From assembly GCF_032444005.1 (NCBI RefSeq), contig NC_091289.1, forward strand, positions 22,754,001-22,818,000: a stretch of DNA of 64,000 nt, read 5' to 3'. Source of the DNA: Ranitomeya imitator. Its lineage: Eukaryota. Shown here piece after piece: positions 46,920 to 59,601 of the stretch. The notes under the pieces are model-generated. The model searched no databases, had not been told where the DNA came from, and saw nothing but the letters and a program-made list of their open reading frames with translations. Within the stretch, counting starts at the first letter, position 1. The number at the start of each line of letters is the position of its first letter. The position numbers and the translations under genes were made by a program.

Positions 46920-49639
46920 TTCATCTAACCATCTATCCATTACTTTAGACGAGATGTCAGCGGTGACATTATTACCAGCAGTTTTGGAGGGAGGACATAA
47001 CACCGCAGAACTGCGCTCAATTAACAGAGAATTCCTGTCAGTCATTGGGAACAATGCAATTTGTCATTTCTCAGTGAGCGGCTGAATTAGTGTCACCTGG
47101 AAGGTGTGGGTGAAATAGCACAACATGCGAGTCCTGACAGATGTATCTAAGCACCTCGGGCTACGTCCCCGGGATTGAAAGAACAGAACAAATGACCAAG
47201 ATGTTATGCATTGTGCAAACATTTCTCTGCAGCTTTTCGCCGTGCATCGTGTGTATGAATATGAGAAGATGGCTTAGGAGACAAATCCATTTAATGTGTC
47301 TTCTGTTTCACAGTAATATCTGTATAATGAGGTCAGTGTTGCTCCTCCTCCCCATAACATGGCTTTAAAAAATCATAAACTCGTAATCAGCCGACAAATT
47401 TTCTTCAGATCCCATTATGACGCTTCCCAGTTCTCCACCGGTCTCTATACTTTCGGACATATGGACATGTGACCACAGCAGCCAATCACTGGCCTGTTAC
47501 AGCAAGTGATTGGTTGCAGTGGTCACATGTCATTGTGGCCATCATCACTGTAGCAAGAAGTACAGAGGTTCAGGGCAAGACCTGAGTGTGTTAGGACCGG
47601 AGTGTGACGGTAGTATAATTTATTTTATTTATTACATCATAATGGCCCTTTTGAAAAAAAAAAAGTAAATAAAGACTGAAGAACTCCTTTAACAAAACTT
47701 TTCCTTTTTTTCTGTTTTCTCCTAATCCAATCCTAAAATGAGGGTTTTTTTTTTTTTACCCTTTCCTCGGAAGTAACATACTGACCTTGGCCAGGTTCTA
47801 TAGCTACAATGTGTAAATACTCAGCTTCTTCTCTAGTGCACTTTTGGGCAGTGCAGATGGTAAAAACAGAGTTAGAAAGCCAAAGGTTTGTGAGGATGGT
47901 TAAAGGAGAAGGAAGACATATCCACAAAAAAAAACAATGTCCATGTGGATGTAGTTTTAGGACTTTTTATAGATGTCACTCACCACCATGAGCATAAACC
48001 AGGTTGTAGGGGAAGATCCTATTACTTAGGAATCAAAGTTTAATTCCTACAGATCTCTCTAACTCCGGGTCAGGGTAAGGAAATTTTTAACGTGGATTTT
48101 GAAACAGAAAAGCTTCAAAACCCACATAAATACTCCCTGTAAGTATATGTGCATAATGAATCTTTTTGCTGAGTTTTTGCAGTGGAAAGTGAGCAGAAAC
48201 TCCAAGTTTTTGAGAAGTTTGGCATTTTTCAGAAGGTTTATGCTCAGTTTCGGCTCCACAAACCTCATTGAAAAACTCCATGTGCATAAAGCCTTAAGGT
48301 AAGTGCGCATGGAGTCTTTTTTTCTCACTTTTTATAGCAGAAACTTCAAGTTTTTTTTAAGAATTTTGCCTTTTTGATGAGGATTAGGAGAGTTTACGCT
48401 CAGTTTTGCCTCCAAACACTCCTATAAAAACTCTCTATGCCCATAACTAGAGTTGAGCGACCTTGACCTTTTTAGAGTCGAGCCGGGTTTCGCGAAACCC
48501 GACTATCTCAAAAGTCGGGTCGAGTGAAATCGGCCGATTATGACGTAAAGTCGGGATCGACCGAAACACGAAACCCAATGCAAGTCAATGGGGCAGCATA
48601 GTCGGCAGTGAGTGGGGGCCAGGAAAACACCTAGAGTGCCCATTTTAATGTCAAAACCATCCATTCTTCTTAATGAAGCTTGTCAAGCGTAATTTACCTT
48701 ATAATAATTGGAAGGCATTTGAAATTGGGGTTCATTTGGCTAAAGTTGTGGTGGGTAGGGCTGGTTCAAGTAATTAGTGGGCCCAGGAAATCTGGACCAC
48801 GTCACGGCAGTGGAGCAGGGAGAGGTAAGTATTTCAACTTTGCAAGTGCTGTGAACCTGAGCAAGCAGGGGGGGCCCACTCGTTGGCATTGGCACTGGCA
48901 CAGGGCCCCTCTAAGTACAGCGGTGTTTGCACGGCGGGGGCGCCTCCCAACGGCAGCAACACTTTTGCGTACTATGAGAGGCCCTGTGCCAGTGACGTCG
49001 CCAACTAGTATTCCTCCCCCCACCTGATGAAGAAACCTGCACTTTCATCTGCACCTTCCTGTTTGTCCCCGTGTAAGGTGGTATGGTATGCGGGAAGGGG
49101 GACCTGACTTTCAGCAGGGTCACAATCTTGCTGTGTAGCGTGCATGGGGAATTTAGCGTTATGGGTCAATGTACCAGCAGACTCATCTATCACTGGCTGG
49201 GCAATGGGCAGGATGAGGAGGAAACACAGATATAAGCCCAAAGAAGAAAGTGGGCTAAATGCAGTTCAAAATTGGTAACACAGGACTAATCAGGGGGCAT
49301 TGCAGTGGAGGACAACTGGAATGAGAGGCTGACACAGAGAGTAGGCCCAAATCAGTAAGTAGTCGAAATGCAGTTCAAAATTGGCAACAGTAGTAAACAG
49401 GCGGCACAGCTTTGTTCAGTGGAGAACAGCAAGGAGTGGCAGACACCGATAGTAGGCCCCAACCCAACTAGTAGGCCAAATGCAGTCTAACATTAACAAC
49501 TACTTAACGAGCGCCTGAAAACGGAATTTCAGGACAGGAAACCAGGAGAACAGCAAGGAGCGGCAGACACCGATAGTAGGCCCCAAACCAACTAGTACGC
49601 CAAATGCAGTTGTTCCGTTTAACCACAATTTAATGAGAG

Positions 49640-51090
49640 CCTGAAGATAGAAGTTCAGGAAAGGCAACCTGGAGAACACCTTGGAGTGGAACACACCATC
49701 TCTCTACACCCCATACCCAATTTGTAGGCCTAATGCAGCGTAGTTTCCAACAACTACTAAACGAGAGCATGATGATCGAAGCATTGGCGAGGAAACCTGG
49801 GGAACACCTTGGAGTGGAACACACCATCTCTCTACAGTGGAACACACCATCTCTCTACACCCCATACCCAATTTGTAGGCCTAATGCAGCGTAGTTTCCA
49901 ACAACTACTAAACGAGAGCATGATGATCGAAGCATTGGCGAGGAAACCTGGGGAACACCTTGGAGTGGAACACACCATCTCTCTACAGTGGAACACACCA
50001 TCTCTCTACACCCCATACCCAATTTGTAGGCCTAATGCAGCGTAGTTTCCAACAACTACTAAACGAGAGCCGGAAGATCGAAGCTCAGGAAAGGCAACCT
50101 GGGGAACACCTTGGAGTGGAACACACCATCTCTCTACACCCCATACCCAATTTGTAGGCCCAATGCAGCGTAGTTTCCAACAACTACTAAACGAGAGCAT
50201 GATGATCGAAGCATTGGCGAGGAAACCTGGGGAACACCTTGGAGTGGAACACACCATCTCTCTACACCCCATACCCAATTTGTAGGCCTAATGCAGCGTA
50301 GTTTCCAACAACTACTAAACGAGAGCATGATGATCAAAGCATTGGCGAGGAAACCTGGGGAACACCTTGGAGTGGAACACACCATCTCTCTACACCCCAT
50401 ACCCAATTTGTAGGCCTAATGCAGCGTAGTTTCCAACAACTACTAAACGAGAGCATGATGATCGAAGCATTGGCGAGGAAACCTGGGGAACACCTTGAAG
50501 TGGAACACACCATCTCTCTACAGTGGAACACACCATCTCTCTACACCCCATACCCAATTTGTAGGCCTAATGCAGCATAGTTTCCAACAACTACTAAACG
50601 AGAGCCGGAAGATCGAAGCTCAGGAAAGACAACCTGGGGAACACCTTGGAGTGGAACACACCATCTCTCTACACCCCATACCCAATTTGTAGGCCCAATG
50701 CAGCGTAGTTTCCAACAACTACTAAACGAGAGCATGATGATCGAAGCATTGGCGACGAAACCTGGGGAACACCTTGGAGTGGAACACACCATCTCTCTAC
50801 AGTGGAACACACCATCTCTCTACACCCCATACCTAATTTGTAGGCCTAATGCAGCGTAGTTTCCAACAACTACTAAACGAGAGCATGATGATCGAAGCAT
50901 TGGCGAGGAAACCTGGGGAACACCTTGGAGTGGAACACACCATCTCTCTACAGTGGAACACACCATCTCTCTACACCCCATACCCAATTTGTAGGCCTAA
51001 TGCAGCGTAGTTTCCAACAACTACTAAACGAGAGCCGGAAGATCGAAGCTCAGGAAAGGCAACCTGGGGAACACCTTGGAGTGTAACAAA
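49640..51090. repeat. Tandem array inside hAT: 128-bp unit with 151-bp variant (23-bp internal duplication), ~11 copies
   Basis: GGAACACCTT recurs at 49801, 49952, 50103, 50231, 50359, 50487, 50638, 50766, 50917 and 51068. Confidence 0.95.
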
Positions 51091-51141
51091 CCCTCTCTCT
51101 ACACCACGGAAGGGATGATTCTTAGGAAGGAAGGCTGTCGG

Positions 51142-51218
51142 AAAGAAGCAGGGCGCGTCCGAGGGTGATTATATTCTTATTAGGTATATACTCACCCTCG
51201 GACGCGCCCTGCTTCTTT
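51142..51218. other. Perfect 27-bp-stem hairpin with 23-nt loop
   Basis: AAAGAAGCAGGGCGCGTCCGAGGGTGA / TCACCCTCGGACGCGCCCTGCTTCTTT. Confidence 0.9.
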
Positions 51219-51557
51219 ATTTGTAATGAATGTTTATTTGCAATGTGGTTTTGACTTACTCTATTTTTTTGGTAAATAATGATTTTATTATTTTCATTGT
51301 TTTGCATCTTCTTGGCAATAATATAAAGAAGACGCGACAGGACAACACTCGGTGGATGCCATATCTGTGTTTAAAATTGAAAAAAACTTTCAGTTAACTA
51401 CTTGCAGGAGAAAGTTATTGTAGCTGGTGGCCATTTTTAGTACTGTACCAGATTTTTGTTGTATGTGTTTGTTTTTAATGTTAAAATGTCTGCATTTGAT
51501 ATCTCTCCAGTATTTTCTTTTTTATAAGCAAAATACTTATTTTTATATTTTCTGATG

Positions 51558-52715
51558 TTGGTTCCAGGGGTACACGGGCAGCAGTGGTGTGGTCAGTGGA
51601 GGACTAGTGGAAGGAGTGACCACAGACAGGCATCGAAGGCCTAAAATAATAACACATGGCTGTAGGCAATTTTAAATTGGTTCCAGGGGTACACGGGCAG
51701 CAGTGGTGTGGTCAGTGGAGGCCTACTGGAAAGAGTGACCGCAGACAGGCATCGAAGGCCTAAAATAATAACACATGGCTGTAGGCAATTTTAAATTGGT
51801 TCCAGGGGTACACGGGCAGCAGTGGTGTGGTCAGTGGAGGCCTAGTGGAAGGAGTGACCGCAGACAGGCATCGAAGGCCTAAAATAATAACACATGGCTG
51901 TAGGCAATTTTAAATTGGTTCCAGGGGTACACGGGCAGCAGTGGTGTGGTCAGTGGAGGCCTAGTGGAAGGAGTCACCGCAGACAGGCATCGAAGGCCTA
52001 AAATAATAACACATGACTGTAGGCAATTTTAAATTGGTTCCAGGGGTACACGGGCAGCAGTGGTGTGGTCAGTGGAGGCCTAGTGGAAGGAGTCACCGCA
52101 GACAGGCATCGAAGGCCTAAAATAATAACACATGGCTGTAGGCAATTTTAAATTGGTTACAGGGGTACACGGGCAGCAGTGGTGTGGTCAGTGGAGGCCT
52201 AGTGGAAGGAGTGACCACAGACAGGCATCGAAGGCCTAAAATAATAACACATGGCTGTAGGCAATTTTAAATTGGTTCCAGGGGTACACGGGCAGCAGTG
52301 GTGTGGTCAGTGGAGGCCTAGTGGAAGGAGTGACCGCAGACAGGCATCGAAGGCCTAAAATAATAACACATGGCTGTAGGCAATTTTAAATTGGTTACAG
52401 GGGTACACGGGCAGCAGTGGTGTGGTCAGTGGAGGCCTAGTGGAAGGAGTGACCACAGACAGCCATCGAAGGCCTAAAATAATAACACATGGCTGTAGGC
52501 AATTTTAAATTGGTTCCAGGGGTACACGGGCAGCAGTGGTGTGGTCAGTGGAGGCATATTGTAAGGAGTGACCGCAGACAGGCATCGAAGGCCTAAAATA
52601 ATAACACATGGCTGTAGGCAATTTTAAATTGGTTACAGGGGTACACGGGCAGCAGTGGTGTGGTCAGTGGAGGCCTAGTGGAAGGAGTGACCACAGACAG
52701 GCATCGAAGGCCTAA
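51558..52715. repeat. Tandem array inside hAT: 119-bp unit, ~10 near-identical copies
   Basis: TTGGTT(C/A)CAGGGGTACAC recurs every 119 bp from 51558 to 52629. Confidence 0.95.
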
Positions 52716-53184
52716 CATAACAAAAATGTCAATACAATGGTATTGTCAGTGGCAGGCATTGAAGGATGTCAGCGCATAGACTAAACATTGGTGGAGCTGT
52801 GAGATAATTTTGCAAGTGGTAGAGCACTGTTTGAGCTGGGGGGGGGGAAACTGTCTTGTGGCCGGCGGTACAGGCCCAGGGCCCCTCATATTACAACGGT
52901 GTGTCTGACGTTGGGTGCGCACCACCACCGCCAGAGACACTTTATTGTACTAGGAGGGACCCAGTGGCAGTGCCGTCGACCAAAAGCGGGCTCACTCACC
53001 TCTTCAGACAAACTGCACTCTCACGGGTGCTGTCGCCAAGTGTCGATACCACGGCCCCGTGTGGGGAGTTTGGCCATTTAGTGAGGTGTAAACATGTCGT
53101 ATGCTGGACAATCAGGTGCAGAAAATTACGAGATTGGAAAAGGCATTCAGAATAGTCCACAGGCAAGACCTTTTCATAGGAAAG

Positions 53185-56100
53185 CTAGGTGTCAGCCGGG
53201 CAAGGTGGGGCAAAAGATTTCGAAATCCAGTTGTGGTTCATTTTAATGAAGGTTAGATCATCTACATTTTGGGTAGCCAGACGAGTCCTTTTTTCTGTTA
53301 GTATTGAACCTGCAGCACTGAATACTCTTTCTGATAGGACACTAGCTGCCGGGCAAGCAAGCTCCTGCAATGCATATTCTGCCAATTCTGGCCAGGTGTC
53401 TAATTTTGATGCCCAGTAATCAAATGGGAATGACGGTTGAGGGAGAACATCGATAAGGGATGAAAAATAGTTTGTAACCATACTGGACAAATGTTGTCTC
53501 CTGTCACTTTGAATTGATGCTGCAGTACCTGTCCTGTCTGCGGTCATAGCAAAATCACTCCACAACCTGGTCAGAAAACCCCTCTGGCCAACGCCACTTC
53601 TGATTTCTGCCCCTCTAACTCCTCTGGTCTGCTGGCCCCTGCAGCTCGTGTGAGAACGATCACGGGCGCTGTGTGCAGGGAATGCCAGAAGCAAACGGTC
53701 AACAAGAGTTGATTGTTTGGTTGCTAATATTAGTTCCAAGTTCTCATGTGGCATTATATTTTGCAATTTGCCTTTATAGCGAGGATCAAGGAGGCAGGCC
53801 AACCAGTAATCATCATCATTCATCATTTTAGTTATGCGTGTGTCCCTTTTGAGGATACGTAAAGCATAATCCGCCATGTGGGCCAAAGTTCCAGTTCTCA
53901 AATCTGCGGTTGTGCTTGGTTGAGGGGCAGTTTCAGGCAAATCCACGTCACTTGTGTCCCTCAAAAAACCAGAACCCGGCCTTGCCGCGCCACCAATTTC
54001 CAGTGGCCCCGGAAAAGCTTCCTCATTAAAAATATAATCATCCCCATCATCCTCCTCGTCCTCCTCCTCCTCTTCGCCCGCTACCTCGTCCTGTACACTG
54101 CCCTGGCCAGACAATGGCTGACTGTCATCAAGGCTTTCCTCTTCCTCAGCTGCAGACGCCTGATCCTTTATGTGCGTCAAACTTTGCATCAGCAGACACA
54201 TTAGGGGGATGCTCATGCTTATTATGGCGTTGTCTGCACTAACCAGCCGTGTGCATTCCTGAAAACACTGAAGGACTTGACACATGTCTTGAATCTTTGA
54301 CCACTGCACACCTGACAACTCCATGTCTGCCATCCTACTGCCTGCCCGTGTATGTGTATCCTCCCACAAAAACATAACAGCCCGCCTCTGTTCACACAGT
54401 CTCTGAAGCATGTGCAGTGTTGAGTTCCACCTTGTTGCAACGTCTATGATTAGGCGATGCTGGGGAAGGTTCAAAGAACGCTGATAGGTCTGCATACGGC
54501 TGGAGTGTACGGGCGAACGGCGGATATGTGAGCAAAGTCCACGCACTTTGAGGAGCAGGTCGGATAACCCCGGATAACTTTTCAGGAAGCACTGCACCAC
54601 CAGGTTTAAGGTGTGAGCCAGGCAAGGAATGTGTTTCAGTTGGGAAAGGGAGATGGCAGCCATGAAATTCCTTCCGTTATCACTCACTACCTTGCCTGCC
54701 TCAAGATCTACAGTGCCCAGCCACGACTGCGTTTCTTTCTGCAAGAACTCGGACAGAACTTCCGCGGTGTGTCTGTTGTCGCCCAAACACTTCATAGCCA
54801 ATACAGCCTGCTGACGTTTGCCAGTAGCTGCCCCATAATGGGAGACCTGGTGTGCAACAGTGGCAGCTGCGGATGGAGTGGTTGTGCGACTGCGGTCTGT
54901 GGACGAGCTCTCGCTTCTGCAGGAGGACGAAGAGGAGGAGGAGGGGGTGCGAACGGCTACAGCCAATTGTTTCCTAGACCGTGGGCTAGGCAGAACTGTC
55001 CCAAACTTGCTGTCCCCTGTGGACCCTGCATCCACCACATTTACCCAGTGTGCCGTGATGGACACGTAACGTCCCTGGCCATGCCTACTGGTCCATGCAT
55101 CTGTTGTCAGGTGCACCTTTGTGCTCGCAGATTGCCTGAGTGCATGGACGATGCGCTCTTTAACATGCTGGTGGAGGGCTGGGATGGCTTTTCTGGAAAA
55201 AAGTGTCGACTGGGTAGCTTGTAGCGTGGTACAGCGTAGTCCATCAGGGCTTTGAAAGCTTCGCTTTCAACTAACCGGTAGGGCATCATCTCTAACGAGA
55301 TTAGTCTAGCTATGTGTGCGTTCAAACCCTGTGTACGCGGATGCGAGGCTAAGTACTTCCTTTTTCTAACCATAGTCTCATGTAGGGTGAGCTGGACTGG
55401 AGAGCTGGAGATCGTGGAACTAGCGGGGGTGCCGGTGGACATGGCAGACTGAGAGACGGTGGGAGATGGTATTGTTGCCACCGGTGCCCTAGATGCAGTG
55501 TTTCCTACTACGAAACTGGTGATTCCCTGACCCTGACTGCTTTGGCCTGGCAAAGAAACCTGCACAGATACTGCAGGTGGTGCGGAAAATGGTGGCCCTA
55601 CACTGCCGGAAGGGATGTTGCGTTGCTGACTACCTTCATTGGCCGAGGGTGCTACAACCTTAAGGGACGTTTGGTAGTTAGTCCAGGCTTGCAAATGCAT
55701 GGTGGTTAAATGTCTATGCATGCAACTTGTATTGAGACTTTTCAGATTCTGTCCTCTGCTTAAGGTAGTTGAACATTTTTGACAGATGACTTTGCGCTGA
55801 TCAATTGGATGTTGTTTAAAAAAATGCCAGACTGCACTCTTTCTAGCATCGGATACCTTTTCAGGCATTGCAGACTGAGCTTTAACCGGATGGCCACGCT
55901 GTCCTCCAACAGGTTTTGGCTTTGCCACGCGTTTTGGGCAAGATACGGGCCCGGCAGATGGAACCTGTTGCGATGTTGATGCCTGCTGCGGCCCCTCCTC
56001 CTCCGCTTCAGAACTGCTGCCGCCTGCACCCTGTTCCCCCAATGGCTGCCAATCGGGGTCAAGAACTGGGTCATCTATTACCTCTTCTTGTAGCTCGTGT

Positions 56101-56753
56101 GCAACTTCGTCTGTGTCACCGTGTCGGTCGGTGGTATAGCGTTCGTGATGGGGCAACATAGTCTCATCAGGGTCTGATTCTTGATCAGCACCCTGCGAGG
56201 GCAATGTTGTGGTCTGAGTCAAAGGACCAGCATAGTAGTCTGGCTGTGGCTGTGCATCAGTGCACTCCATGTCAGATTCAACTTGTAATGGGCATGGACT
56301 GTTAACTGCTTCACTTTCTAAGCCAGGGACGGTATGTGTAAAGAGCTCCATGGAGTAACCCGTTGTGTCGCCTGCTGCATTCTTCTCTGTTGTTGTTTTT
56401 GCTGAAGAGGACAAGGAAGCGACTTGTCCCTGACCGTGAACATCCACTAACGACGCGCTGCTTTGACATTTACCAGTTTCACGAGAGGAGGCAAAAGAGC
56501 TAGAGGCTGAGTCAGCAAGATAAGCCAAAACTTGCTCTTGCTGCTCCGGCTTTAAAAGCGGTTTTCCTACTCCCAGAAAAGGGAGCGTTCGAGGCCTTGT
56601 GTAGCCAGACGACGAACCTGGCTCCACAGCTCCAGACTTAGGTGCAATATTTTTTTTCCCACGACCAGCTGATGCTCCACCACTACCACTACCCTCATTA
56701 CCAGCTGACAATGAACGCCCCCGGCCACGACCTCTTCCACCATACTTCCTCAT
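53185..56753 (-). CDS. hAT (ZBED/Ac-like) transposase with BED finger; ~1189 aa if one frameshift at 55197-55202 is repaired
   Basis: BED finger AVWHFF...CQKC...MHRHLTTMH. Catalytic LTTDAW, VVSDNG, CLAH, TRWNST, SERVFS. C-terminal dimerisation domain FDYWASKLDTWPELA. Adding one T to the T6 run gives HFFSRKAIPALHQHVK and joins the two ORFs. Confidence 0.92.
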
Positions 56754-56929
56754 TGTTTTAAAAACGTAAACAAACTAACGGTATTTGTTGCTGTCACACA
56801 AATTACACGGTGAGCTATAACTTCAGTATGATTTAGCTACCCCTTTACAGGTGAGTGAGACCACAACGAAAATCAGGCACAATGTTACACACTCTGTTGT
56901 TGGTGGCAACAAATGAGAGAGATGCCACA

Positions 56930-59000
56930 CACGCAGGACTGTCACTGAAGCACAAATGTAAATATTAATCTCCCACTGATTTGTTTTTTGTTTTTTTTTA
57001 AGGGAGACTTTAGGAAAAAAAAATAATAGAATAAAATGATTTTTTCAGGAAGAATTTAGAAACCAAATAAAATAAAATGATTTTTTCAGGGAGAATTTAG
57101 AAAACAAATAAAACAAAAAAAGGCTTTCTATGGCCCACTGAGTGAGAGATGACGCACACAGGAGTCAGGAGTGGCACACAAGCCCAGAGGCCAAAATTTA
57201 TCTCCCACTGATTGATGTAGTGATTTTTTCAGGTAGATTTTGGAACCCAAATCAAGCTAAAAAAAAAATTATAGGCTTTCTATGGCCCACAATTGGAGAG
57301 AGAGAGAGAGAGATGGCACACCCAGGAGTCAAGACTGGCACACAAGCAGAAAGGGCAATATTAATCTCCCACTGATTTGTTTTTGTTTTTTGTTTTTCAG
57401 GGAGACTTTAGGAAAAAAAATAATAGAATAAAATGATTTTTTCAGGAAGAATTTAGAAACCAAATAAAATAAAATGATTTTTTCAGGGAGAATTTAGAAA
57501 ACAAATAAAACAAAAAAAGGCTTTCTATGGCCCACTGAGTGAGAGATGACGCACACAGGAGTCAGTAGTGGCACACAAGCCCAGAGGCCAATATTTATCT
57601 CCCACTGATTGATGTAGTGATTTTTTCAGGTAGATTTTGGAACCCAAATCAAGCTAAAAAAATAATAGGCTTTCTATGGCCCACAATTAGAGAGAGAGAG
57701 AGAGATGGCACACCCAGGAGTCAAGACTGGCACACAAGCAGAAAGGGCAATATTAATCTCCCACTGATTTGTTTTTTTTTTTTTTTTTTTTCAGGGAGAC
57801 TTTAGGAAAACAAAATAATAGAATAAAATGATTTTTTCAGGAAGAATTTAGAAACCAAATAAAATAAAATGATTTTTTCAGGGAGAATTTAGAAAACAAA
57901 TAAAACAAAAAAAGGCTTTCTATGGCCCAATGAGTGAGAGATGACGCACACAGGAGTCAGGAGTGGCACACAAGCCCAGAGGCCAATATTTATCTCCCAC
58001 TTTTTTTTTTTTGTTCCAGGGAAAATTTATAAACCCAATAAAAAAAATAATAAATAGGCTTTCTATGGCCCACTATCTGAGAGACAGAGAGAGATGGCAC
58101 GCTTAGGACTGGCACACAAGCCCAAAGGCCAATATTAATCTCCCTTTTTTTTTAAGGGAGAATTTATAAAACCAAAAAAAATAAATAAATAGGCTTTCTA
58201 TGGCCCACTATTTGTGAGAGAGATGGCACGCTCAGGACTGGCACACAAGCCCAAAGGCCAATATTAATCTCCCACTGATTGATTTATTGATTTTTTCAGG
58301 TAGAATTTAAAACCCAAATAAAGCAAAAAAAAAAAAAAAAGGGCTTTCTATGGCCCACTGAGTGAGTGATGACGCACACAGGAGTCAGGAGTGGCACAGA
58401 AGCCCTGAGGCAAATATTTTTCTCCCACTGATTGATGTAGTGATTTTTTCAGGTACATTTTAGAACCCAAATCAAGCAAAAAAATAAATAGGCTTTCTAT
58501 GGCCCACTATTTGTGAGAGAGATGGCACGCTAAGGACTGGCACACAAGCCCAGAGGCCAATATTAATCTCCCACTTTTTTTTTTTTGGTTCCAGGGAAAA
58601 TTTATAAAACCAATAAAAAAAAAAAAATAGGCTTTCTATGGCCCACTATCTGAGAGAGAGAGATGGCACGCTTAGGACTGGCACACAAGCCCAAAGGCCA
58701 ATATTAATCTCCCACTGATTGATTTATTGATTTTTTCAGGTAGAATTTAGAACCCAAATAAAGCAAAAAAAAAAAAAAAAAATGGGCTTTCTATGGCCCA
58801 CTGAGTGAGTGATGATGCACACAGGAGTCAGGAGTGGCACACAAGCCCTGAGGCCAATATTTTTCTCCCACTGATTGATGTAGTGATTTTTTCAGGTAGA
58901 TTTTAGAACCAAAATCAAGCAAAATAATAAATAGGCTTTCTATGGCCCACTGAGTGAGAGATGACACAGACAGGGATGGCACTCTAGCAGAAATGTCAAA
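56930..59000. repeat. Complex tandem array inside hAT 5' region (GGCTTTCTATGGCCC...GGCACACAAGC...AATATTAATCTCCCACT subunits with variable A/T and GA runs)
   Basis: About 13-15 subunits of ~110-240 bp in alternating variants. Confidence 0.9.
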
Positions 59001-59482
59001 CTTAATCTCCCACAAAAAAAAAAAAAAAAAAAAACAGGGAGTGTCCTTCAATTACTATCTCCCTGCAGTAATCTCAGCCAGGTATGGCAGGCAGCAATAA
59101 GGAGTGGACTGATGCACAAATTAAATAAAAAGTGTGGACAAACAAAAAAGATAGCTGTGCAGAAAGGAAGGAACAAGAGGATTTGTGCTTTGAAAAAAGC
59201 AGTTGGTTTGCACAGCGGCGTACACACAGCAATGCAGCTATCAGGGAGCCTTCTAGGGCAGCCCAATGAGCTACAGCGCTGAGGGGGAAAAACAAAAAAA
59301 ATGTAGCTTCCACTGTCCCTGCACACCGAAGGTGGTGTTGGGCAGTGGAAATCGCTACAGCACAAGCGGTTTTGTGGTTAATGGACCCTGCCTAACGCTA
59401 TCCCTGCTTCTGACGAAGCGGCAGCAACCTCTCCCTAAGCTCAGATCAGCAGCAGTAACATGGCGGTCGGCGGGAACTCCCC

Positions 59483-59601
59483 TTTATAGCCCCTGTGACG
59501 CCGCAGAAAGCAAGCCAATCACTGCAATGCCCTTCTCTAAGATGGTGGGGACCAGGACCTATGTCATCACGCTGCCCACACTCTGCGTTTACCTTCATTG
59601 G
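59483..59601 (-). promoter_or_regulatory. Candidate Pol II promoter of the hAT transposase (CCAAT, inverted CCAAT, TATAAA)
   Basis: Minus-strand CCAAT at 59597-59601, ATTGG at 59515-59519 and TATAAAG at 59482-59488, in a CpG-rich subterminal region facing the ORF. Confidence 0.45.

Noticed and set aside
46157-47085. Long ORFs of 255-302 aa in the ORF track
   Set aside because: They run through the 701-N assembly gap and are artefacts.
49024-49036. CTGATGA..GAAA resembling a hammerhead core
   Set aside because: No stem II, stem III or flanking stem I. Other CTGATGA hits (e.g. in the Tc1 TIRs) also lack structure.
49640-52715. Regularly spaced repeats resembling a CRISPR array
   Set aside because: Whole units repeat with no unique spacers, the context is eukaryotic, and there are no cas genes.
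53189-56161. Plus-strand and alternative-frame ORFs over the hAT transposase
   Set aside because: Antisense or overlapping shadows of a long GC-balanced coding region, with no motifs.
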